A stretch of 18,580 bases of DNA. Origin: Thermoproteota archaeon (GTDB lineage: Archaea > Thermoproteota > Thermoprotei > Thermoproteales > Thermocladiaceae). The notes beneath the pieces were generated by a model. It made no database searches, was not told where the DNA came from, and saw only the letters and a program-made list of their open reading frames with translations. Made by a program: the position numbers and the translations under genes. The stretch is taken from positions 1-18,580 of the forward strand of contig JAADER010000051.1 in NCBI GenBank assembly GCA_013153275.1, written 5' to 3'. Shown here piece by piece: positions 7,881 to 16,185 of this stretch (positions are counted from its first letter, which is position 1; each line of letters starts with the position of its first letter).

Positions 7881-8464
7881 TGTTTTCCTGTTTTTGCAAC
7901 CTTCTTGCGTGCAGCCTGTATGTCCTCCTCTATCCACTCGAGCTTTCCTAGAAATGGCTGTCTTGCTGTGAGACCTATCCTGAGTCCAAGACCTGTCGAT
8001 GTCAGGACGTAGCTCACGCTCACTATCCTCACTCTCACTATATCTCCCTTGCTGAGCTTTCTCTTAGTCTTCTCTCCTATGAAGGTCCCGCTCGCCTTGT
8101 CGTAGAGTACTATGTTGTCGCTCATCATCTGTGTCTTATGTAGGAGACCTCTCACGGGTCCTATTCTCACGAAGGCTCCGTACTCTGTAGTCTCAACCAC
8201 GTCTCCCTCCACTATCTCATTGTTGAGGGGTGTAAATACTAGGACTCTGAGCTTGACTTTGTGATATGTTGCACCGTCTCCAAACGTTATTATGCCTTTT
8301 CTGCTTACCTCTAGTGACAGGATCTTCACGAAGACTCCTACGTCTCTCTCCACCTTGCCCTCGTACCTAGCTTTCAACTGCTCGTATGCGACCTTGTCGA
8401 GAGGCTCGCCGAACCGTGAAGGGGGGATTCTCACGTAGTCCTCGACAGTTATAATTCTCCACAA
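7877..8464 (-). CDS. rpoE: DNA-directed RNA polymerase subunit E' (Rpo7), S1 domain
   Basis: 195 aa. The N-terminus MWRIITVEDYVRIPPSRFG matches the Rpo7 consensus. The S1 fold is visible in GDVVETTEYGAFVRIGPVRGLLH. The start codon is TTG (8464..8462). No in-frame ATG or GTG gives the conserved N-terminus. Confidence 0.92.
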   Translation of the reverse strand: MWRIITVEDYVRIPPSRFGEPLDKVAYEQLKARYEGKVERDVGVFVKILSLEVSRKGIITFGDGATYHKVKLRVLVFTPLNNEIVEGDVVETTEYGAFVRIGPVRGLLHKTQMMSDNIVLYDKASGTFIGEKTKRKLSKGDIVRVRIVSVSYVLTSTGLGLRIGLTARQPFLGKLEWIEEDIQAARKKVAKTGKQ

Positions 8465-8507
8465 GGATAATCTCCGACAGGTCTCCTTCTAAAGGTGTTT
8501 AATAATA

Positions 8508-8912
8508 TTACTCTACATCTCCAACAATCCTTCTCTTGGACTCCAGGTAGTACAGGACCTTGCACGACATGTCCTGCTCTATCCTTCTCTTTAGCCCTAT
8601 GTCACAGGTAACGACGTAATCGATAAGTCCTCTCTTACAGCTACTCAATATACACTCATCACAGTATCTCTCTACACATTTAAGTATAGACATATACTTT
8701 CTAACGATCTCAAGAGCAAGAGAGGCAGCTACACGAGTCCTCCTCTCTCTAGACCTAGAGAGCTTCTCAAGCTCTCTCACGGTGAGTTCTGGCACTGCTG
8801 CTACATGTGTGCCCACTATATCTCTAATCATGTCAACTATCTTCACCTTCTCACGCATCATGAGTATCAGTATGCTTGTATCGTATATCACTACAGGTAC
8901 TCTTCTACTCAT
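8508..8912 (-). CDS. PIN-domain endoribonuclease, Fcf1/Utp24-like (COG1412 type)
   Basis: 134 aa. The acidic PIN residues sit in VVIYDTSIL, VRELEKL and YVVTCDIGLKRRI. The gene occupies the conserved position between aIF2-gamma and rpo7. Its ATG overlaps the aIF2-gamma stop by 8 nt. Confidence 0.85.
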   Translation of the reverse strand: MSRRVPVVIYDTSILILMMREKVKIVDMIRDIVGTHVAAVPELTVRELEKLSRSRERRTRVAASLALEIVRKYMSILKCVERYCDECILSSCKRGLIDYVVTCDIGLKRRIEQDMSCKVLYYLESKRRIVGDVE

Positions 8913-10131
8913 AAGCTATCTTTCCGCCTTTAAGAACTCCGTATCCAACGATCCTCCATCTGTTCTCTACCTGCTTTGTTATCACCATCTTAGCTCCCTG
9001 TTCTGCACATATTGCCTTCCTTAGAGTCACGGTCACCCTCTCCTTTCTGAGATCCTTGACTATTCCAAGCACTGTGGCTGCACCGACGTTGACCATCAGC
9101 ACGTCTCCTCTCTTAAGCTGGTACTGCTTCTCCTGTCTTATGAGCTCGTACTCGAGCTCGACCTCCGTCCACACTGGTGGTAGCTGGCCTGGAAGTCCGA
9201 CGACGCTTCCAACTAGGGAGTCTGCCTTAGTTAGTGCTGGGTCAAGCTTGGTTCCTATTCCAACTAGTGCTCCTGGTCTTGCATAGTCTACGAACTCTGG
9301 GCCTATAGATACTGATGTTATCCACGTACGTAGTGGCACCAGTTTTGCTCCTAGTTTGAGTCCTGGCCTTATCTCTATCTCGTCCCCTATCTTGAGCTCT
9401 CCTCGAACTACTACTCCTCCTAGGACTCCTCCAACGAGCTTTTCCGGCGGAGTACCAGGTTTATTAACATTAAAACTTCTCAGAACATGCATCATTGGAG
9501 GACCAGCCTCAGACCGCTCCTTTCTCGGAAACTTCTCATGTATAAGCGTAGCTACAGCATCTATGTTCACCTTATGCAGAGCAGATACGGGGACAACAGG
9601 CGCCTTCTCTGCCCAGGTCCCAGCTAGGAACTTCCTGATCTGACGATAGTTCTCTATGGCCTTCTCCTTAGGAACGAGATCTATCTTGTTCTGTATCACT
9701 ATCATCTCTCTGAGACCCATTATCGTTGCAGCAAGGAAGTGCTCCTCAGTCTGTGGCTGGGGACAGGGCATGGATGCGTCGACTATCATTAGAGCACCAT
9801 CTACGAACCCTACACCAGCTATCATTGTCGATAACAGGACCTCGTGGCCAGGCACGTCAAGTATGGATATCTTCCTTATGAGCTTGGGCTCCGACCCGTC
9901 AGGACATTTACCATCCTTGAGGAGACCGTCCGTCACGTACCTGAACTCGCCTGAAGGGCACTCATAGATGCCGATCGTGACGTAGCCCAGCTTTATCGTC
10001 ATAGCTCTCTTTATCTCCTCGCTATGTCTTGCAACCCATACGCCACTTAGGGCCTGTACCAGCGTCGTCTTGCCATGATCTACATGGCCCAGCGTTGTCA
10101 GTATAGTGTCTGGGTATATGAAGTTTCCCAT
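8905..10131 (-). CDS. eif2g: translation initiation factor aIF2 subunit gamma
   Basis: 408 aa. The GTPase motifs are GHVDHGKTTL, DVPGHE, NKID and SAL. Domains II and III are typical of aIF2-gamma. Confidence 0.95.
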   Translation of the reverse strand: MGNFIYPDTILTTLGHVDHGKTTLVQALSGVWVARHSEEIKRAMTIKLGYVTIGIYECPSGEFRYVTDGLLKDGKCPDGSEPKLIRKISILDVPGHEVLLSTMIAGVGFVDGALMIVDASMPCPQPQTEEHFLAATIMGLREMIVIQNKIDLVPKEKAIENYRQIRKFLAGTWAEKAPVVPVSALHKVNIDAVATLIHEKFPRKERSEAGPPMMHVLRSFNVNKPGTPPEKLVGGVLGGVVVRGELKIGDEIEIRPGLKLGAKLVPLRTWITSVSIGPEFVDYARPGALVGIGTKLDPALTKADSLVGSVVGLPGQLPPVWTEVELEYELIRQEKQYQLKRGDVLMVNVGAATVLGIVKDLRKERVTVTLRKAICAEQGAKMVITKQVENRWRIVGYGVLKGGKIAYE

Positions 10132-10154
10132 GCTCGTGTTAAGGGTAGGGATCG

Positions 10155-10166
10155 AGTTAATAAGGG
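10155..10166 (-). promoter_or_regulatory. TATA-like box for aIF2-gamma (leaderless)
   Basis: The minus strand reads CCTTATTAAC, centred about 28 nt upstream of ATG 10131. It lies in the 39-nt gap after the Rad50-like gene. Confidence 0.4.
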
Positions 10167-10170
10167 TTCT

Positions 10171-12648
10171 CTACCTTCTTTCAACCTCTATTCTTCTCTT
10201 AGAGTCCTCTCTAACTATCTTCAGAAGAGTCACAGGTATGTTCTGGCTAGATGCTTCAGACACGACCTGATCTATGAACTCCCTACTCTGTGAAGTAATT
10301 ATCAGCTGTGAGACAAGGCCCTGCCTTATCAAGCTGGCAGCTAGCTTAGCGAAGGACGACCTTATCGCCTCGTCGACATATGGTATAGGCTCGTCCATTA
10401 TCATGAAGCTAACATTATGATTAGCTATGACATATACCGAGAGCATGAACGCGAGAGCAAGCGTAAGCCTCTGTCCATCGCTCATTCTCGATATTGGGAC
10501 TCTTCTTCCTGATCTTATACCATAGAGAACATATTCGCTAACTATCGTTCCTAGTCTCTCTCTAACATTGAGCTCTATGCTAGCACCACTCATATCGGTA
10601 TATGGGTACATTATCTTGAAATACTGGTTCACCAGATCCCTCACCTTCTCAACCATCCTCTCTCTCAGCTCTGACTGGATACGTTTCAAGGCTCCTCGAA
10701 TAGTATTTAACATTGTTAGAAGTTTCTCTAATTTATACACTCTTTCCCTAAGTTCGTCTATAGTCTCTGTAGGTAGTGATGATAGCACCCTCTCTAGTGT
10801 TGATACTTCTATACTGAGGTTGTTCAATCTTTCTCGAACCTTGTCAAGCATCTTGTTCACCTCCTCTATCTCCTGCTCTAGTCTCCTCACCTTCTCGAGA
10901 TCTATACCTGACTCCTTGAGCTTTCCTTCTAGTTCCCTCTCCTCTCTTCTCAGTTCTTTCAATCTCTTTACTTTTCTGAGGATAGTTATCTCCCTATCTA
11001 TCTTATCTATCCTCTCCTTCACCTCATCTATGAGGGCACGTATCACCTGAGCTCTCCTCTCGAGACTTCTCCTGTTCTTGTCAACGCTCTCTAGCTTTGC
11101 TAAAACTTTACCATACATTTCTCTCATAGTCTTGAGACGAGTATAAACGTCCTCGTACTCTTCTACAAGAGGTTTAATTGCTCTCAACTTTGAGAGAACG
11201 TTCTCCAGCTCAGTTATTTTACGCCTAATCTCATCTAACTCTCTCCTAGTCGTGTCCTTCCCTATCTTTGATAGTCTATCCTCAATTTTCTTGAAAGTCT
11301 CATCATCTAGCTCTCTACCACATATGGGACATGTTCGTAAGCCTCTCCTGACGATCTCTCTGAGCACGCTCTCAACATGTAGCTCGAACTCCTCCATGCT
11401 CTGGAGCCTTTCCTTCAACTTCTCTAGCTCGCGCTGTATCTGCTCGGGAGACCCATACTTGGAGACGAGGGCTTGATACTCTCTGTAGATGTCCTCAAGC
11501 TCTTTCAATCTTCTTTCAAGGCTCCTTATCTCGGAGCTCAGCCTCTCGGCATCTATCTTCAGCTCCTCTGATAAATGTATCAGGTTCTCGATCTCCTCAT
11601 CGAACCTTGTCAGACTGTCCTCAAGCTTTCGAACAATCTCGAATATCTTCATACTAGCCTCCTCAAGATTCTGAGAAGAGATTACTAGCCTAGAAAGCTC
11701 CTCAGCCTCCTCCGTGAAGAGAAGCTCCTCAAGCTTGGATAGCAATATGTTTCTAACAAGCTCGAGCTCCACCTTTATGCTTGTCTCAGAAACATCAGGA
11801 AGATTCTTCAACTCCTCCTCAAGAAGCTCACGCTCAGCCTTCACACGCAGATACCTGACATATATGGACTCGACATCTGAGAAACGCTCGAAGAGCCTTC
11901 TACGCTCCTCAAGAAGCCTCGATAGCTTCTCAGAGAGCTCACGCTCGACCTTACGAAGCTCCTCAAGCTCCCTCTTGAAGTCCTCTAGAGCCTTCTTAGC
12001 ATTCTGAACAGAACCGTACTTCGATATTATCTCTGGAAGCTCCTTAAATGCTGATAGCTTTCTCTTCTCTCTATCAAGTATCTCCTCTATCTTTCTAACA
12101 GGTATAGACTTGTGAAGCTGCTCTATCATCTCTATACCGAAGAGCCTATCTATGACTAGCGATCTCTTGCTCGAGGTACCGTAAACGAGTCCTTCTAGTA
12201 CTCTATGTGTGACAAGCACGAATCTAGCAAAATCGTCCTCGTCGAGACGTAGAAGCTCCACCACATTTTGAAGGACCTCTCGTGGAGATGATGCAACCTT
12301 CTTCTCGTTAAGCCATAGCTCAGCTATGGTCTCTCGAGCTGAGTCACCATGCTTCTTGAGACAGCGTATCACTCTCACACGAGATGCCGAGTCAATGCTC
12401 TCAAGTGTGAGCTGTACCTTGGCCTCATTTGACTCCTCGTTTATGAGATCTATGAGCTTTGCTATTCTCTCCTTTATCTCTAGCTGTTGACCGTAGAGAG
12501 CGTACTCTACTGCTTGTGCTATGCTTGATTTTCCGGCTCCTACCTCGCCATATATGGCTACTATGCCTCTATCGAGCTCGAGCACGTGTTTTCCTCTGTA
12601 TCCTCGGAAGTTCTCTAAAATTAGTTGTTTAATTATGAACTTACTCAT
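10171..12648 (-). CDS. Rad50/SMC-like ABC ATPase with long coiled coil and central CxxC zinc hook (arcadin-4-like position in a crenactin cluster)
   Basis: 825 aa. Walker A is GEVGAGKSS (aa 34-42). About 550 aa of heptad-rich E/K/R/L sequence follows. CPIC lies at aa 440-443 (nt 11331..11320), mid-coil. The signature-like motif is MSDGQRLTLALAF and Walker B is FMIMDEP. No mre11, herA or nurA is nearby. Confidence 0.9.
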   Translation of the reverse strand: MSKFIIKQLILENFRGYRGKHVLELDRGIVAIYGEVGAGKSSIAQAVEYALYGQQLEIKERIAKLIDLINEESNEAKVQLTLESIDSASRVRVIRCLKKHGDSARETIAELWLNEKKVASSPREVLQNVVELLRLDEDDFARFVLVTHRVLEGLVYGTSSKRSLVIDRLFGIEMIEQLHKSIPVRKIEEILDREKRKLSAFKELPEIISKYGSVQNAKKALEDFKRELEELRKVERELSEKLSRLLEERRRLFERFSDVESIYVRYLRVKAERELLEEELKNLPDVSETSIKVELELVRNILLSKLEELLFTEEAEELSRLVISSQNLEEASMKIFEIVRKLEDSLTRFDEEIENLIHLSEELKIDAERLSSEIRSLERRLKELEDIYREYQALVSKYGSPEQIQRELEKLKERLQSMEEFELHVESVLREIVRRGLRTCPICGRELDDETFKKIEDRLSKIGKDTTRRELDEIRRKITELENVLSKLRAIKPLVEEYEDVYTRLKTMREMYGKVLAKLESVDKNRRSLERRAQVIRALIDEVKERIDKIDREITILRKVKRLKELRREERELEGKLKESGIDLEKVRRLEQEIEEVNKMLDKVRERLNNLSIEVSTLERVLSSLPTETIDELRERVYKLEKLLTMLNTIRGALKRIQSELRERMVEKVRDLVNQYFKIMYPYTDMSGASIELNVRERLGTIVSEYVLYGIRSGRRVPISRMSDGQRLTLALAFMLSVYVIANHNVSFMIMDEPIPYVDEAIRSSFAKLAASLIRQGLVSQLIITSQSREFIDQVVSEASSQNIPVTLLKIVREDSKRRIEVERR

Positions 12649-12823
12649 CTCCTATACTCTCAACACCGATCTCTCTGATCATGTTATAAATCATCTCCTT
12701 AACCCTTCTAGAGCCTCCCTCCTTGAAGCATCTGTAGAGCTTGACAGCGAGCTCATACGTCTCGTCGTCCGTTATCTCCTTTCTCAGGAGCTCCAGTATC
12801 ATCTTATCGATCTCTGTGCTCAT
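12641..12823 (-). CDS. 60-aa helical micro-protein, translationally coupled on both sides
   Basis: The sequence is MSTEIDKMILELLRKEITDDETYELAVKLYRCFKEGGSRRVKEMIYNMIREIGVESIGDE. Its ATG shares one base with the upstream TAA (TAATG at 12825..12821). Its stop overlaps the downstream ATG by 8 nt (ATGAGTAA). The sequence is not low-complexity and the codon style matches its neighbours. Confidence 0.55.
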   Translation of the reverse strand: MSTEIDKMILELLRKEITDDETYELAVKLYRCFKEGGSRRVKEMIYNMIREIGVESIGDE

Positions 12824-13557
12824 TATCTCACGTTCTTATTAGCCAGTATCTGGACCCATGGATTATCCTTTATGAAGTCAGGCACAGGACTAGTGTCAGA
12901 TTGTTGTTGAGCTTCCTGTCGGCTAGATGTTGCAGTGCTCTGGACCTCTCCTGTTGATATAGTGTTCTTCAGCCTCTCTATCTCTATTTTCAATCTATCT
13001 ATCACGTTCCATATGCTCTCTATCTCCTCTCTAATCTTCTCAAGCTTCTTCAAAACGTCTCCACTAGCACTATCCTGCGCCCTGTTTTTCAACTCCTCGA
13101 TCTCTCTCCTGAGTACGGATAGTTCAGAGTCTAATATTCTTCTCACAATTCTCGAGAGATCCTGCTCAAGTCTTGAGACATCTATCTCAGCTACTCTCCT
13201 ACTTATCGCTGGGCTCTGAAGAATCTCTCTTGCTTCACCTTCCTCTAGGTCAATCGCTATGACTCCTATTCCAAGCTTCTTGAGAAGCTTTCCGTCAAGT
13301 AGGTGTGCAACGTCTCTGCTTACTGCAATATACATCTTATTGTACTCGCTTCTTCTGCTTGCTAGGACTGTTATCTCTCTGTTTATCTCGTCTATGTCTG
13401 GGAGATCCTCGAATACTATTATCTTCACTAGTACTGTGTTGTCCCCCTCTCTAAGTATGAGGTGGTCGCTCTCTAGCTCCTCAATTATGAGGTTTCTCTC
13501 CTTTATCCACTTCTTGAGTATGTTTCTTGCTCTGTCTAAAGTTACTAATAGCGACAT
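12823..13557 (-). CDS. coiled-coil protein with an N-terminal alpha/beta domain (arcadin-3-like position)
   Basis: 244 aa. Residues 1-115 alternate helix and strand propensity (LVKIIVFED, KMYIAVS, GIGVIAIDLE). Residues ~120-200 are coiled coil (LSVLRREIEELKNRAQ...IDRLKIEIERLKN). A Ser/Gln/Thr-rich linker leads to the C-terminal tail PDFIKDNPWVQILANK. Confidence 0.8.
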   Translation of the reverse strand: MSLLVTLDRARNILKKWIKERNLIIEELESDHLILREGDNTVLVKIIVFEDLPDIDEINREITVLASRRSEYNKMYIAVSRDVAHLLDGKLLKKLGIGVIAIDLEEGEAREILQSPAISRRVAEIDVSRLEQDLSRIVRRILDSELSVLRREIEELKNRAQDSASGDVLKKLEKIREEIESIWNVIDRLKIEIERLKNTISTGEVQSTATSSRQEAQQQSDTSPVPDFIKDNPWVQILANKNVR

Positions 13558-13585
13558 TACACGTGTATGTTAGTATGTTGAGGGT

Positions 13586-13597
13586 AGTAATATAGCT
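13586..13597 (-). promoter_or_regulatory. TATA-like box for the 244-aa/60-aa/825-aa unit
   Basis: The minus strand reads GCTATATTACT, centred about 33 nt upstream of ATG 13557, inside the 47-nt gap after crenactin. Confidence 0.4.
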
Positions 13598-13604
13598 TGC
13601 TATC

Positions 13605-15283
<1,679 letters not shown>

Positions 15284-15302
15284 ACATCTGTATCCGTACG
15301 GT

Positions 15303-15318
15303 AATATTTTAAAAAATA
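15303..15318. promoter_or_regulatory. shared palindromic TATA (TTTTAAAA) between the crenactin operon and alba
   Basis: The sequence is AATATTTTAAAAAATA, with the perfect palindrome TTTTAAAA at 15307..15314. The centre is 27 nt from ATG 15283 (- strand) and 36 nt from ATG 15347 (+ strand). Confidence 0.55.
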
Positions 15319-15346
15319 CGCGCTACATAACACGCTCGGACCATAC

Positions 15347-15631
15347 ATGTCAGCGCCAGAAGCAACAATACTAGTAGGTAGAAAACCAACAACAAACTAC
15401 GTGATAGCGACAGTAATGCAGTTCAATGCAGGCAGCAAGAGAGTGATCCTGAAGGCAAGAGGAACAGCAATAGCGAGAGCAGTCGCAACAGCAGTAATGG
15501 TGAGAGACAGATTCATGCCAGGTCTAGTAGAGGTGAAGGAGGTAAAGCTCCTCAGCGACAGAATAGCAGGACAGGGAGGAAAGGAGAGGTACGTAGCAGC
15601 AATCGAGATCGTACTCGAGAAGAAGCAGTAA
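15347..15631 (+). CDS. albA: Alba (Sac10b family) DNA/RNA-binding chromatin protein
   Basis: 94 aa. ILVGRKPTTNYVIATVMQFNAGSKRVILKARGTAIARAVATAVMVRDRF...VAAIEIVL matches the Alba family end to end. Confidence 0.93.
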   Translation: MSAPEATILVGRKPTTNYVIATVMQFNAGSKRVILKARGTAIARAVATAVMVRDRFMPGLVEVKEVKLLSDRIAGQGGKERYVAAIEIVLEKKQ

Positions 15632-15674
15632 GCTTCCTCAAGATAAAAATAGGGACAAGACGCAAATAGAGACC

Positions 15675-15679
15675 TTTTT
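15675..15679 (+). terminator. T5 tract, possible alba terminator
   Basis: The first run of 5 or more T downstream of alba is gaccTTTTTcc, 44 nt after the stop. Archaeal termination typically uses oligo-T tracts. Confidence 0.3.
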
Positions 15680-15724
15680 CCAGTCCAATCTACCTGTAAA
15701 CAACCTTGAGGACAACTTCTCCTC

Positions 15725-15765
15725 AACATGTTCTTGATAACACCTTAAGCTTTTTAAACATGTTC
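15725..15765 (+). promoter_or_regulatory. TATA box (TTTTTAAA, 15751..15758) flanked by two copies of the palindrome AACATGTT(C)
   Basis: AACATGTTC occurs at 15725..15733 and again at 15757..15765. The 8-nt core is a perfect palindrome and the two copies are 32 nt apart. The second copy overlaps the TATA-to-TSS interval upstream of ATG 15788. Confidence 0.45.
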
Positions 15766-15787
15766 CAACACATTAGACAGGAAGAAG

Positions 15788-16180
15788 ATGACCAAGCTCT
15801 CGTTCAGAGGCTACGTACTGAGCAAGTCCATAGTATATGACTTATCTGGTGGCAGGATGGTGAAGATAGACATTGTTGAGGAAAGAGAGCTTCCCGGACC
15901 TGTAATTGCTGGAAGCGACGAGATTGCTAGACTTGCTAGAGAAGTCATGCCTCTAGTACAGCAGCTTCTGAAGTCCATGCCTTTTCCTGGTCTTGGAACT
16001 ACTGGTGGTAAGCTTCCCATACCGAGGATAACTCTCTGGCTTACTGAGGATGAGGTTGAGGCTCTAGGTAGGCTTGATGTTGGGGACTATGTTGAGGTTA
16101 TGATACAGGAGGGTAAGATTGAGGTCAGGAGGAGTGAGCCTACTGAGAGAGAGCTAGAACCTGGATCTATAAGAGAGTGA
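15788..16180 (+). CDS. hypothetical 130-aa protein
   Basis: The ORF has an ATG start and a plausible promoter. The sequence is not low-complexity (…MPFPGLGTTGGKLPIPRITLWLTEDEVEALGRLDVGDYVEVMIQEGKIEVRR…). The C-terminal GDYVEV..EGKIEV stretch faintly resembles a swapped-hairpin (AbrB/SpoVT-like) strand pair, but I cannot confirm that. Confidence 0.65.
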   Translation: MTKLSFRGYVLSKSIVYDLSGGRMVKIDIVEERELPGPVIAGSDEIARLAREVMPLVQQLLKSMPFPGLGTTGGKLPIPRITLWLTEDEVEALGRLDVGDYVEVMIQEGKIEVRRSEPTERELEPGSIRE

Positions 16181-16185
16181 AGCTA

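Noticed and set aside
8508-8912. PIN-domain gene as a VapC toxin of a toxin-antitoxin pair
   Set aside because: There is no upstream antitoxin ORF. The gene is translationally coupled to aIF2-gamma and sits in the conserved aIF2-gamma-to-Rpo7 position typical of the Fcf1/Utp24-like housekeeping PIN (COG1412). Its sequence pattern (vvTcDxxLkrRi) also fits that group.
10568-12007. Series of + strand Ser/Leu-rich ORFs (160, 74, 61 and 97 aa) and repeated CTCCTCAAG-type strings
   Set aside because: These are antisense shadows of the coiled-coil region of the Rad50-like gene. The repeats are reuse of CTT-GAG-GAG (L-E-E) heptad codons. They are not a tandem repeat, a CRISPR array or separate genes.
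10171-13557. Reading the SMC-like ATPase + small protein + nuclease-fold protein as a Lamassu/Wadjet-type defence system, or as the Rad50-Mre11 repair operon
   Set aside because: The trio lies immediately next to crenactin in the order of the published Arcade cytoskeletal cluster and is embedded in core housekeeping genes. There is no Mre11/HerA/NurA, Toprim/JetD-like or Cap4-type effector. The N-domain of the 244-aa protein lacks an intact catalytic triad by eye. I keep this only as an analogy.
15397-15729. 110-aa minus-strand ORF overlapping alba
   Set aside because: It is antisense to a full-length, family-typical Alba gene, has no promoter spacing, and has no recognisable motif.
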